The position numbers and the translations under genes were made by a program. Shown one piece after another: positions 45,774 to 53,766 of a stretch of DNA of 64,000 nt. The notes under the pieces were generated by a model. That model was not told the DNA's origin. It searched no databases and worked only from the letters and a program-made list of their open reading frames with translations. Position 1 is the stretch's first letter. Each line of letters begins with the position of its first letter. This DNA is from Nitrospirota bacterium (GTDB taxonomy: Bacteria > Nitrospirota > Thermodesulfovibrionia > Thermodesulfovibrionales > SM23-35): NCBI GenBank assembly GCA_040756135.1, contig JBFLZS010000007.1, positions 3,072-67,071 on the forward strand, given 5' to 3'.

Positions 45774-47074
45774 TTATCATTGCAATAACCATTTTAATAT
45801 TTTCCATACTATGCTTTGGAGCCGTTGAGGTCTGGTCCTCGGTACTCCTTGAGGCATCCGTCTTTATACTTGCATTATTATGGCTCATAAGCAGAAGAAA
45901 AGAGCACTTTCTTACCCCAAGTAAAGAAGAAAAATATATGCTTGCCATTCTCCTTGGCTTTCTCGCTTATACATTTATCCAGATGCTTCCTCATTCTCCT
46001 GCGATTCTGAAATATTTATCACCTGAATCCTTCAAGCTTTATTCCTTCTATGCCGTTGATAAAGAACCCCACATGTCTGTAAGCCTTCATCCCTCTAAAA
46101 CGCACGTCGAGTTTCTGAGGATGCTGACCTATTCTCTTTTCTTCTTTCTCCTTTCATTCAGTATAAAGGATATGGCTACAATCCAGAGGATGCTTAAGAT
46201 ATTAAGCTATTTTGGTTTTGGACTTGCCGTCTTTGCCATAATCCAGAAGGCAACATGGAGTGGGAAGATATACTGGTTCAGAGAAATATCTGCTGGTAGT
46301 CCTTTCGGGCCATTTGTTAATAGAAATCACTATGCTGGATTGATCGGAATGCTTATACCTCTTGGACTTGGCGTTGTATTTACAAGAAGGAGCAGGGAAA
46401 GGAAGATCTTTTTTGGATTCCTAAGCCTCATCATGGTCGTCTCTTTGTTTCTTTCCCTTTCGAGGGGTGGCATAATCAGCTTTTTTACTGGCATCGCTGT
46501 TTTTGCACTCCTTGTCTCAAAGGATAAATTCAGGGCAAAAAAGATATGGGCACTGGGGGCCTTTATATTTGTACTTTTCCTATACCTGCTTTATCTTGGT
46601 ATAGACCCCATTATAGACAGGTTTTATAAAACTGATATAACAACTGAAGAGAGACTCGTTGTCTGGTCAGCGACATTAAAGGCATTTAAGGATTTCTATC
46701 TTACAGGAAGCGGACTTGGTACGTTTATAAACATCTTTCCACTTTATTCACCCGAAGGTATTCTTGCCTTATATGACCATGCACATAATGATTACCTTGA
46801 ATTTATACTCGAGGCAGGCATAATCGGGACAGCCTTTCTCCTGCTCTTTTTAGTTTTCTTTATTAGATATATGAACAAAGTCAGATGGGAGGGACACAGG
46901 GGTATTATCAAAATATCCCTGATTTCTTCAATAACCACGATGGCTGTACACAGCATATTCGATTTCAATCTTCATATTCCATCAAACGCACTCATGCTTT
47001 CAGCCGTTTTTGCAATGGCAGTGGCATGCTCAAGGATAGATAACAAGCAACAAGCAATAACAAGCAATGAGTGA
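45740..47074 (+). CDS. O-antigen ligase/polymerase family membrane protein (Wzy_C)
   Basis: Polytopic. SLSRGGIISF and HAHNDYLEFILEAGIIG motifs are typical of the O-antigen ligase family. Confidence 0.85.
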   Translation: MDRQNKPDSKIVIIAITILIFSILCFGAVEVWSSVLLEASVFILALLWLISRRKEHFLTPSKEEKYMLAILLGFLAYTFIQMLPHSPAILKYLSPESFKLYSFYAVDKEPHMSVSLHPSKTHVEFLRMLTYSLFFFLLSFSIKDMATIQRMLKILSYFGFGLAVFAIIQKATWSGKIYWFREISAGSPFGPFVNRNHYAGLIGMLIPLGLGVVFTRRSRERKIFFGFLSLIMVVSLFLSLSRGGIISFFTGIAVFALLVSKDKFRAKKIWALGAFIFVLFLYLLYLGIDPIIDRFYKTDITTEERLVVWSATLKAFKDFYLTGSGLGTFINIFPLYSPEGILALYDHAHNDYLEFILEAGIIGTAFLLLFLVFFIRYMNKVRWEGHRGIIKISLISSITTMAVHSIFDFNLHIPSNALMLSAVFAMAVACSRIDNKQQAITSNE

Positions 47075-47132
47075 TGAGCAACGGGGCAAATAATTTTTAA
47101 TCATTGCTTAGTCCCCGATCCTCATTGCTAAG
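47041..47132. repeat. Family D short-period hairpin overlapping the ligase gene 3' end
   Basis: aacaagcaacaagcaataacaagcaatgagtgatgagcaacgggg ... tcattgcttagtccccgatcctcattgc. Confidence 0.6.
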
Positions 47133-47174
47133 CTAAGTACTTAGATTTGGCACCCGGTCCACGATAATGGGAAA

Positions 47175-47612
47175 ATGGACATGCCCGGATCGGACATGAA
47201 TCCCGTTAGATGTTTACTATCTAACAGGATGAATGGCGGTAGCCTGTTTACACTCATAATCTGGCTGATTGTCTTGCTCATCCTTTCTGTGGTGCATATG
47301 CCATCCATTAAAATTGGACTGGGAATGTTTGATAAGATTACCCATTTTATCCTTTACGGTATAACCGCCATATTGTTTTTAAGTGTCTTAAGACGGAGAT
47401 TAAAAACAAAACTGATTGGCATCTTTTTTGCAATATTACTTTCATCCCTCTATGGGCTTATGATCGAGATCGTTCAATCATTTACATCGTATCGAAACTT
47501 TGAATTTTCTGACATTCTGGCAAACACCATTGGTGCAACAGCCTTTGTAATGATAAATTATCTAAGGCAATGTTTAACCCCAAACGAGACCCACTTGCTC
47601 CTTGTACCGTGA
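47175..47612 (+). CDS. VanZ-like membrane protein
   Basis: DKITHFILYGITAILF and SDILANTIGA motifs. The start may be a downstream ATG. Confidence 0.75.
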   Translation: MDMPGSDMNPVRCLLSNRMNGGSLFTLIIWLIVLLILSVVHMPSIKIGLGMFDKITHFILYGITAILFLSVLRRRLKTKLIGIFFAILLSSLYGLMIEIVQSFTSYRNFEFSDILANTIGATAFVMINYLRQCLTPNETHLLLVP

Positions 47613-47635
47613 TGCTAATTTCAGAAATTGACTAA

Positions 47636-47664
47636 TTGACAAAATGACATCCTTTGCATATAAT
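47636..47664 (+). promoter_or_regulatory. Consensus sigma-70 promoter for the first TA cassette
   Basis: TTGACA (47636-47641), a 17-nt spacer, TATAAT (47659-47664). Lies 27 nt upstream of the ATG at 47691. Confidence 0.7.
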
Positions 47665-47690
47665 AAACAAAAAATACAATAAAAGACAGT

Positions 47691-47954
47691 ATGCTTATAA
47701 CCGTAGACAAGAGGGGAAGTATCAATATACCGAAAGCGCTTCGGAAGGAACTTGGAATTGAAAGCGGCTCCTATTTGAACTTGGAAGTTGAGGAAGGAGG
47801 AGCCATTGTGCTCCAGCCGGTATCTGTTTATCCATCAATCAGGCTAAGCAAAAAAGGACTTTCCAAACTTGTGGAGGCGCGGAAGAGTGGTAAGGGGACA
47901 TTGCCGGAATGGATGGTCAGGGAAATAGAAAATGCCGAAACTCATCCCGAGTAG
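47691..47954 (+). CDS. AbrB/MazE/SpoVT-family antitoxin
   Basis: ITVDKRGSINIPKALRKELGIESGSYLNLEVEEGGAIVLQP swapped-hairpin motif. Overlaps the next ORF. Confidence 0.8.
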   Translation: MLITVDKRGSINIPKALRKELGIESGSYLNLEVEEGGAIVLQPVSVYPSIRLSKKGLSKLVEARKSGKGTLPEWMVREIENAETHPE

Positions 47955-48234
47955 GAAGTTTCTCGATGACGTTGAAGCGTTCCGTTCCAATGCAATAGTA
48001 AGAAAGAAAATAGCTAAAGCATTAGGCCTGCTTGAAACAAATCCTTTCCGTCCCGGACTGAACCTTGAACGAATTGTCAATGATCCGACAGCATGGTCAA
48101 TAAGAGTTGATAGAAGATACAGGATATCATTTGATCCTGCAAGATTATTGCCTTCGGGAAGTCCTGATTGGTCAGCTGATATTTTTTTACTCCGTATTCT
48201 TGATCATGACGATTTATACAAACATCCACGGTAA
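47932..48234 (+). CDS. RelE/ParE-superfamily toxin
   Basis: 100 aa with the pattern NPFRPGLNLERI..WSIRVDRRYRISF..LLRILDHDDLY. Overlaps the antitoxin gene by 23 nt. Confidence 0.65.
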   Translation: MPKLIPSRKFLDDVEAFRSNAIVRKKIAKALGLLETNPFRPGLNLERIVNDPTAWSIRVDRRYRISFDPARLLPSGSPDWSADIFLLRILDHDDLYKHPR

Positions 48235-48301
48235 TGAACCCCCATTTGAAGAAGGACTGAGGAAGACGATAGAATGGGATAAAAGCACTGGGAAAAGGTA
48301 A
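48231..48301 (+). pseudogene. 3'-terminal remnant of an NAD-dependent sugar epimerase/dehydratase gene
   Basis: Translates to GNEPPFEEGLRKTIEWDKSTGKR. Compare the C-terminus of the UXS-like gene at 51629 ([15 protein letters not shown]). No upstream gene body is present. Confidence 0.55.
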
Positions 48302-48325
48302 AAGTAGAGAAAAAGAGGGTTAAAT

Positions 48326-48847
48326 ATGGAAGATAAGGCCGTAGAAAGGGTATTCAAGGCAATAAACAAAATGTATCAAGACGGCACACTTAAAGATTAT
48401 GCCGTTGGCGGGGCAGTAGCCACCATTTATTATACGGAGCCTTTTGCCACTAAAGACATAGATATATTTTTTATTCCCATAGAAAAAGATAAGATAATCC
48501 TCTTGACTCCGTTCTATGATTTTTTATTAAAAAAAGGATACAAGACATACAAAGAATACATTATGATAGGGGAGATACCAGTTCAATTTATTCCGGCGGC
48601 GAGTGAATTAGAAAGGGAAGCGGTTGAAAAGGCGATTTCCGTAAAGTATAAAAATCTATCGGTTAAAATTTTAAGACCTGAGTATTTGGTCGCCATATTT
48701 TTGAAGGTTTACCGGCCCAAAGATAGAGATAAATTGATAAAGCTTTTAGACCAGGCAAAAATAGACAAAACTCTCTTAGGGAATATTTTAGCCAGGCATA
48801 ATTTAGATAAAAAGTTTGATGATTTTATAGAGAAATATTATGGATAA
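48326..48847 (+). CDS. Minimal nucleotidyltransferase-fold protein (pol-beta superfamily-like)
   Basis: AVGGAVATIYYTEPFATKDIDIFF fits the GG-x(n)-DxD NTase signature. Confidence 0.5.
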   Translation: MEDKAVERVFKAINKMYQDGTLKDYAVGGAVATIYYTEPFATKDIDIFFIPIEKDKIILLTPFYDFLLKKGYKTYKEYIMIGEIPVQFIPAASELEREAVEKAISVKYKNLSVKILRPEYLVAIFLKVYRPKDRDKLIKLLDQAKIDKTLLGNILARHNLDKKFDDFIEKYYG

Positions 48848-49070
48848 TCAGGTTTCCCGAAATCAAAAAGAAGTTAAAAAATACCGAACGAAAATATTTA
48901 AATCAAAGGAAGAATGTCGCCGGATATTTGCCAAAGAGCCATTTGAAAAAAAGATAAAAACGGCCTTTGAGTTATATCGGCGAGCCAAATATTTGAAAAA
49001 ATTTAAACCCCTTATACTACGCTCTAACGCTATGCGCTCTACGCAATGCGATTTGAATTGTCAACAATGA
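48840..49070 (+). CDS. Small basic protein overlapping the NTase gene
   Basis: 76 aa, K/R-rich, with an 8-nt overlap with the upstream gene. No motif recognised. Confidence 0.4.
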   Translation: MDNQVSRNQKEVKKYRTKIFKSKEECRRIFAKEPFEKKIKTAFELYRRAKYLKKFKPLILRSNAMRSTQCDLNCQQ

Positions 49071-49183
49071 AGATTTGACCTCCATGACATTCCCCACTCT
49101 GCGAGTAGCATCCAGCATAGAATTTATAATTATATAATTATGATACAATGAGAGTATAACGATTCTATAACTGTGGAGGATCT

Positions 49184-49429
49184 ATGGGCTTAGCCGTCGA
49201 CTATAAGAAAGAGATAATCAATATCAGCAGAGACTTGCCGAACGATAAGTTAAAGGTATTGATCAATTTTGCGCAGTTTCTTAAAGAAAAAGAAGAAGAG
49301 TTCTCATACACGGATATCTTAGACAGTGCTGAATATGTGAAAGCATTAAGAAAGAAACAGGCAAAAAAAGTGAAGACCGGAAAAAGATTTATCGCAGAAC
49401 TTATTGAATGGCAAAAATCAAACTCCTGA
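49184..49429 (+). CDS. VapB-type antitoxin (DUF2281-like)
   Basis: LPNDKLKVLINFAQFLKEKEE motif. Overlaps the PIN gene start. Confidence 0.6.
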   Translation: MGLAVDYKKEIINISRDLPNDKLKVLINFAQFLKEKEEEFSYTDILDSAEYVKALRKKQAKKVKTGKRFIAELIEWQKSNS

Positions 49430-49802
49430 TAGACACCGACATATTCATTGATGCACTGAAGGAAGTAAGACCCGCTATGGAATTATTCAGATCAAAAGAG
49501 ATTTTGTTATACTGTTCAATCCTAACTAAAAAAGAACTCCTGTCAAAGCGGGGACTGAAAGATTCTGAAAGATGGAAAATAATGGATTTGCTCTTAAAAA
49601 CCAGAGTGCTCAGAATAGATGACCATATCAGCCGGAAATATTTTACCTGATGAAAAAGTATGGTGAAAAACAGGATATGCTTATCGATTATCTTATAGCA
49701 GCTACAGCATGGGCAAAAAATCTGCCGCTTCTTACAAGGAACAGGAAACATTTTGAGCATATTGAAGAAATAAAACTTGTCCCTGCATATGATGCCGACT
49801 AA
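49408..49802 (+). pseudogene. vapC: PIN-domain toxin VapC, disrupted by a frameshift
   Basis: The N-terminal part (LLIDTDIFIDAL) stops at the TGA at 49648-49650. The C-terminal part (LIDYLIAATAWAKNLPLLTRNRKHFEHI) continues in another frame from 49650 to 49802. Confidence 0.75.
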
Positions 49803-49858
49803 AAATTGCACATGAGAGTTATGCAATGTTAGAAACAACGTCCCCAAAAGTCATCCCT

Positions 49859-50010
49859 AGAAAAACCAGATAAATTCCATTGCGAAGCAATGACTTCCAG
49901 TTCAGAATGAACTCAATTCCAGAGCGTAGCTCTACCTTCCATTCCAAAGGAATAACTTGATAAACCAGATAAACGAAAATGTCTCATGTCAAGGTGCGAC
50001 CCTATAAGGC
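49859..50010. repeat. About 150-bp repeat block, copy 1
   Basis: agaaaaaccagataaattccattgcgaagcaatgacttcc...ttgataaaccagataaacgaaaatgtctcatgtcaaggtgcgaccc. Almost identical by eye to 52308-52463. Preceded by the 30-mer caatgttagaaacaacgtccccaaaagtca (49824-49853). Confidence 0.9.
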
Positions 50011-50182
50011 GCATCATATTTTGAAAGGCTGATTAGCGCTTGTAAGCTTGGTGGAAAGGATGGGAAAAAGTAGCCTGTCCCCTTTTCCTGCCCTGTTGGT
50101 GATGGATTTCGGATATGAGTATTGTATAATAGGTGAAGTGTCAATGATATTTTAAATCTGGGGAGTAAGGAGGGGTTGGCGT

Positions 50183-50389
50183 ATGATATTAATCAAATTC
50201 AATCCAGAGGACGATGCAAAGGGGGCTTTTCTTCTTAGTAGGACAGGATCGATTCTATGTTTACCTGAAGATACCTATCTTTGCGAGGAAGATCAACTTA
50301 AGATTTTTAACAAAAATAACATTCCTTACCGCATTGTCTCAATCGTAGGTTCTAAACCGGCCTATTCCGAGAAAGTAGCTACACTGTGA
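50183..50389 (+). CDS. Hypothetical small protein, first gene of a two-gene cassette
   Basis: 68 aa, with GGAGG 8 nt upstream. Its stop overlaps the next start. No motif recognised. Confidence 0.45.
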   Translation: MILIKFNPEDDAKGAFLLSRTGSILCLPEDTYLCEEDQLKIFNKNNIPYRIVSIVGSKPAYSEKVATL

Positions 50390-50715
50390 AATTTGCCTAT
50401 CGCTTCGATCTCTATCTTCCTTTGAAATATAATGATGGAAGAGATATCGAACCAGAGAAATTTCAGATTACACGCCGGGAACTCGTTTCCAGGTTTGGTG
50501 GTTTAACCTGGATTGCCAATGTAGGAAGTCCCAGTATCTTTGGTTTTTGGAAAGGCAGACATCGAGAGTACCAAGAAAATAATGACCTCTTCATCGTATA
50601 TACCGACCGCCTGGAAGAGCATAAGCGATTTTTTAAACAATATAAGGAAGTTCTGAAAAAACGATTCGAACAAGAAGAGATTTTTATAGCTGTAGAAGAA
50701 ACTGAGATTATTTGA
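50386..50715 (+). CDS. Hypothetical protein, second gene of the cassette
   Basis: 109 aa, translationally coupled to the upstream ORF. No motif recognised. Confidence 0.5.
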   Translation: MKFAYRFDLYLPLKYNDGRDIEPEKFQITRRELVSRFGGLTWIANVGSPSIFGFWKGRHREYQENNDLFIVYTDRLEEHKRFFKQYKEVLKKRFEQEEIFIAVEETEII

Positions 50716-50810
50716 GCTATCTTTCAATGACTCAACGACTTTCTGTTCGACGCTAAGACATGTTTCATGACGCTACGACGCTAAGACCCTATGACTGTTC
50801 GTTTGCCTCT

Positions 50811-50854
50811 TGACAAAGGGCCTTTTAATGGGTGACAAAGGGCCTTTTAATGGG
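50811..50854. repeat. Perfect 22-bp tandem duplication at the truncation point of the UXS-like gene
   Basis: tgacaaagggccttttaatggg appears twice (50811-50832, 50833-50854), followed by tgacattac. Confidence 0.9.
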
Positions 50855-51629
50855 TGACATTACTTTTCCTTTGTATGTTGAAGTTGATGAGATTTATAAC
50901 CTTGCCTGTCCTGCCTCACCTATTCATTATCAATTTGATCCAGTACAGACAACAAAAACGTCAGTTCATGGGAGTATTAATATGCTCGGTCTTGCAAAAC
51001 GTGTAAAGGCAAAGATTTTTCAGGCATCTACAAGTGAAGTATATGGAGATCCAACAGTTCACCCTCAACCCGAGACTTATTGGGGAAATGTAAATCCCAT
51101 CGGGTTAAGATCATGTTATGATGAGGGGAAAAGATGTGCAGAGACCCTCTTTTTTGATTATCATCGACAACATAAATTAAAAATAAAAGTAGCACGGATT
51201 TTTAATACTTATGGTCCAAGGATGTATCCAAATGATGGAAGAGTTGTAAGTAATTTTATAATGCAGGCATTACGAGGAGAGGATTTAACAGTGTTTGGTG
51301 ATGGAAAACAGACGAGGAGTTTTTGTTATGTGAATGATATGATTGATGGATTAGTTAAACTTATGGATAGTCCGGATGATTTTATAGGTCCGGTGAATTT
51401 AGGAAATCCTAAGGAGTTTTCTATTTTGGAACTTGCAAAGATGGTGATTAAGTTAACAGGTTCAAAATCAAAAATTGTTTTCAAACCTTTACCTCCAGAC
51501 GATCCAATTCAGCGAAAACCAGATATATCTCTTGCAAGAGAAAAACTGGGCTGGGAGCCGGAGATTCCTTTTGAGGAAGGACTTAAGAATACCATAGAAT
51601 ACTTTAAAACTCGCTATTTTTCTTTCTAA
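50832..51629 (+). pseudogene. UDP-glucuronate decarboxylase (UXS)-like SDR lacking its N-terminal Rossmann segment
   Basis: Homology begins at [22 protein letters not shown] and continues through [16 protein letters not shown] and RIFNTYGP. The usual roughly 60 N-terminal residues carrying the GxxGxxG motif are absent. Confidence 0.75.
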
Positions 51630-51634
51630 TTTTT

Positions 51635-51934
51635 ATGCCAAAAATAGTTGACTTTGTAGTAGTTTTTGATGATGGTGTAAGGAAGCGCCATTACCATGAA
51701 ACTGAGAAGGGTAAGGTTACATATTTCGCTGTTCAATTAGAAATAGAAGTTAAAGGTGAATGGAAGGTTGTGGTAAGATATGGTTGTTCTCATGGTTTTT
51801 CACACATTGATAAATATGATATTAGAGGAAATAAAACAAAAGAAATATTAAATCTGAGTTTTGAAAGTGCGTTGACTTATGGGGATTGGGATATTAACAA
51901 GAATTGGTTAAAATTTCTGAAAGGAGCGAGATAA
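51635..51934 (+). CDS. Hypothetical protein, first gene of a two-gene cassette
   Basis: 99 aa. Its stop overlaps the next start (TAATG). No confident family assignment. Confidence 0.5.
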   Translation: MPKIVDFVVVFDDGVRKRHYHETEKGKVTYFAVQLEIEVKGEWKVVVRYGCSHGFSHIDKYDIRGNKTKEILNLSFESALTYGDWDINKNWLKFLKGAR

Positions 51935-52197
51935 TGAGTAATTATACTGAATTTTTAGGAATGGTCTCAAGTGAATTTCATAGATATTTAATGGAAAACG
52001 AGGATTTTGCAGATAAAATACCCTCTAATGCTTTGATCATATTTCAAATTGAAGGTGAGGACGAGTTTAATAGATGGCATAAAGAAATATCTTTAAAAAA
52101 CAGAGAGAAAGATCAGCCTATAATATATATTTCTGTTAAAAAATGGAGAAAGCATTCTGCTATTGAAGAAATAGGACTGGCAGAGGTTGCAGCTTAA
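51934..52197 (+). CDS. Hypothetical protein, second gene of the cassette
   Basis: Start placed at MSNYTEF (ATG at 51934), with AAGGAG 7 nt upstream. No motif recognised. Confidence 0.5.
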   Translation: MSNYTEFLGMVSSEFHRYLMENEDFADKIPSNALIIFQIEGEDEFNRWHKEISLKNREKDQPIIYISVKKWRKHSAIEEIGLAEVAA

Positions 52198-52307
52198 TAA
52201 GATTGTTGTAACGATTCAATGACCCAAGACGTAACTGCTAAATGAAATGAGCCACGTGACTGTTAGACGATGACGCTATGACCCTGCGAGTTTCCCCTAA
52301 ATTAACC

Positions 52308-52463
52308 AGAAAAACCAGATAAATTCCATTGCGAAGCAATAACTTCCAGTTCAGAATGAACTCAATTCCAGAGCGTAGCTCTACCTTCCATTCCAAAGGA
52401 ATAACTTGATAAACCAGATAAACGAAAATGTCTCATGTCAAGGTGCGACCCCATAATAAGGCA
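52308..52463. repeat. About 150-bp repeat block, copy 2
   Basis: Same sequence as 49859-50010, with a few substitutions (for example gcaataacttcc versus gcaatgacttcc) and a small indel at the 3' edge. Confidence 0.9.
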
Positions 52464-52617
52464 TAAGGCACGACATCTCGAAAAGGGCCTGAAAAAGACC
52501 ATTAAATATTTTAAGAGTATAGTAAAATAAACACACATGTATGGGATAGCAGACATAATGGACTGAAAATATTGTATGTTTACCTAATTTTGTCTTTAAT
52601 AGGAGAAGGGAGGTAAG

Positions 52618-52869
52618 ATGGCAAGCGTTAGTGAGCTCCAGAGGCGGGCTGAAGCCGACGACCGCCTCTATGAGAGATATGCCAAATCGCTTGAAGATAA
52701 GCACAAAGGGGAATTTGTGGCTATCTCCAGAGATGGTCAAGTGATATGGGGCAAAGATGATGTGGCTGTCCTCAGGGAGGCGATAAAAAATTTTGGCTCT
52801 GGAAACTTTGCGTTGAGGCGGGTTGGCTCCAGGGCAATAGGTAAGTGGAGGAGAGTCGGTGATCAGTAG
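52618..52869 (+). CDS. Small protein paired with the aspartic protease
   Basis: 83 aa, with GGGAGG upstream. Overlaps the next gene by 11 nt. Confidence 0.5.
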   Translation: MASVSELQRRAEADDRLYERYAKSLEDKHKGEFVAISRDGQVIWGKDDVAVLREAIKNFGSGNFALRRVGSRAIGKWRRVGDQ

Positions 52870-53206
52870 TGCGGACTACCCTTATCTTAGGATTCGATTC
52901 CAAGTGAGATCACATACGGATACAGTATCGGCCTATATCGATACAGGCTTTGATGGTTATCTGGCCGTTCCTGCCGAACATAGTAAGAAGCTTGGGCCTG
53001 GGGATTACGTATCCCGATGGGAAATGGCTGACAACTCTTTTGCTCTATCGGAGGAATATCTGGGAATGGTCTGGATCGATGGAATTCAGAAGGAGATCTT
53101 TGCAAGGATAACCTGCTTAGGAGATGAGTTTCTCTTGGGTAGAGGCATCATCGATCAATTTCGAGTTGTCTTCGATCATGGGAATCATATCCAAGTATCT
53201 CTTTGA
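52859..53206 (+). CDS. Retropepsin-like clan AA aspartic protease (DTGF type)
   Basis: Contains AYIDTGFDGYLAVP and a C-terminal LLGRGIIDQF. About 115 aa, a typical single-lobe size. Confidence 0.65.
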   Translation: MISSADYPYLRIRFQVRSHTDTVSAYIDTGFDGYLAVPAEHSKKLGPGDYVSRWEMADNSFALSEEYLGMVWIDGIQKEIFARITCLGDEFLLGRGIIDQFRVVFDHGNHIQVSL

Positions 53207-53239
53207 GGAGCAGAGGGGAATGTTATTCTGAGATCAAAG

Positions 53240-53371
53240 GTGAGACTAAGAAAATCGTTCTGGCCTATGCTGGATACTTCAAGGGCTGAAAGGGAATTTG
53301 GATTTAAAGCAAAGACAAATTTTGAGGAAGGACTGAAAAAAACCATAAATTGGTATTTATCTAAAAGATAA
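53240..53371 (+). pseudogene. 3'-terminal remnant of a second NAD-dependent epimerase/dehydratase gene
   Basis: Translates to ..[33 protein letters not shown]. No gene body is present. It lies in the same frame, directly after the protease stop. Confidence 0.55.
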
Positions 53372-53579
53372 ACCCTTTGTTGCATAAATTGTTATAACCG
53401 AATAGGCTAAATCTATTGATACCAAGCATCTATGTCATTTTTGAAAGTTATCACAGGATTTCACTTTTAGTGAGCTTTATGAATAAAGCCTAATTTGCTA
53501 CAAACATAGAATTATCATCATTTTATGAGTTTTGTGTGCATGTATTATTGCAACAACAGGGTTCAGTTATAACAAGAAA

Positions 53580-53735
53580 AACTTGATTAACTAAATAAAC
53601 CAGAATGACTAATTGTCCTATGTCAAGGTGCGACCCATTGAAAGTTCCCGAAACCAAATAAACTTGATAAACCAGAGAAACTAAATAAACCAAATAAACT
53701 AAAATGTCAATAGTCAAGCCTGACCCCGAATAGGT
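53580..53735. repeat. Two degenerate copies of the 3' module of the 150-bp block, with 9-bp periodic ATAAAC motifs
   Basis: acttgattaactaaataaaccagaatgac..tatgtcaaggtgcgaccc and acttgataaaccagagaaactaaataaaccaaataaactaaaatgtcaatagtcaagcctgacccc. Confidence 0.7.
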
Positions 53736-53766
53736 GCGCACAAAAGTCAACAATGTTAGAAACAAC

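Noticed and set aside
48107-48301. ORF 48107-48301 as a genuine 64-aa gene.
   Set aside because: Its first two-thirds is an out-of-frame overlap of the RelE-like toxin gene. Only the last 20 or so codons have meaning, as an epimerase C-terminal remnant.
49995-50001. GTGCGAC at the end of the 150-bp blocks (also at 52444 and 53628) resembles a group II intron 5' end (GUGYG).
   Set aside because: The sequence downstream is not conserved between copies. No domain V-like structure or reverse transcriptase ORF follows.
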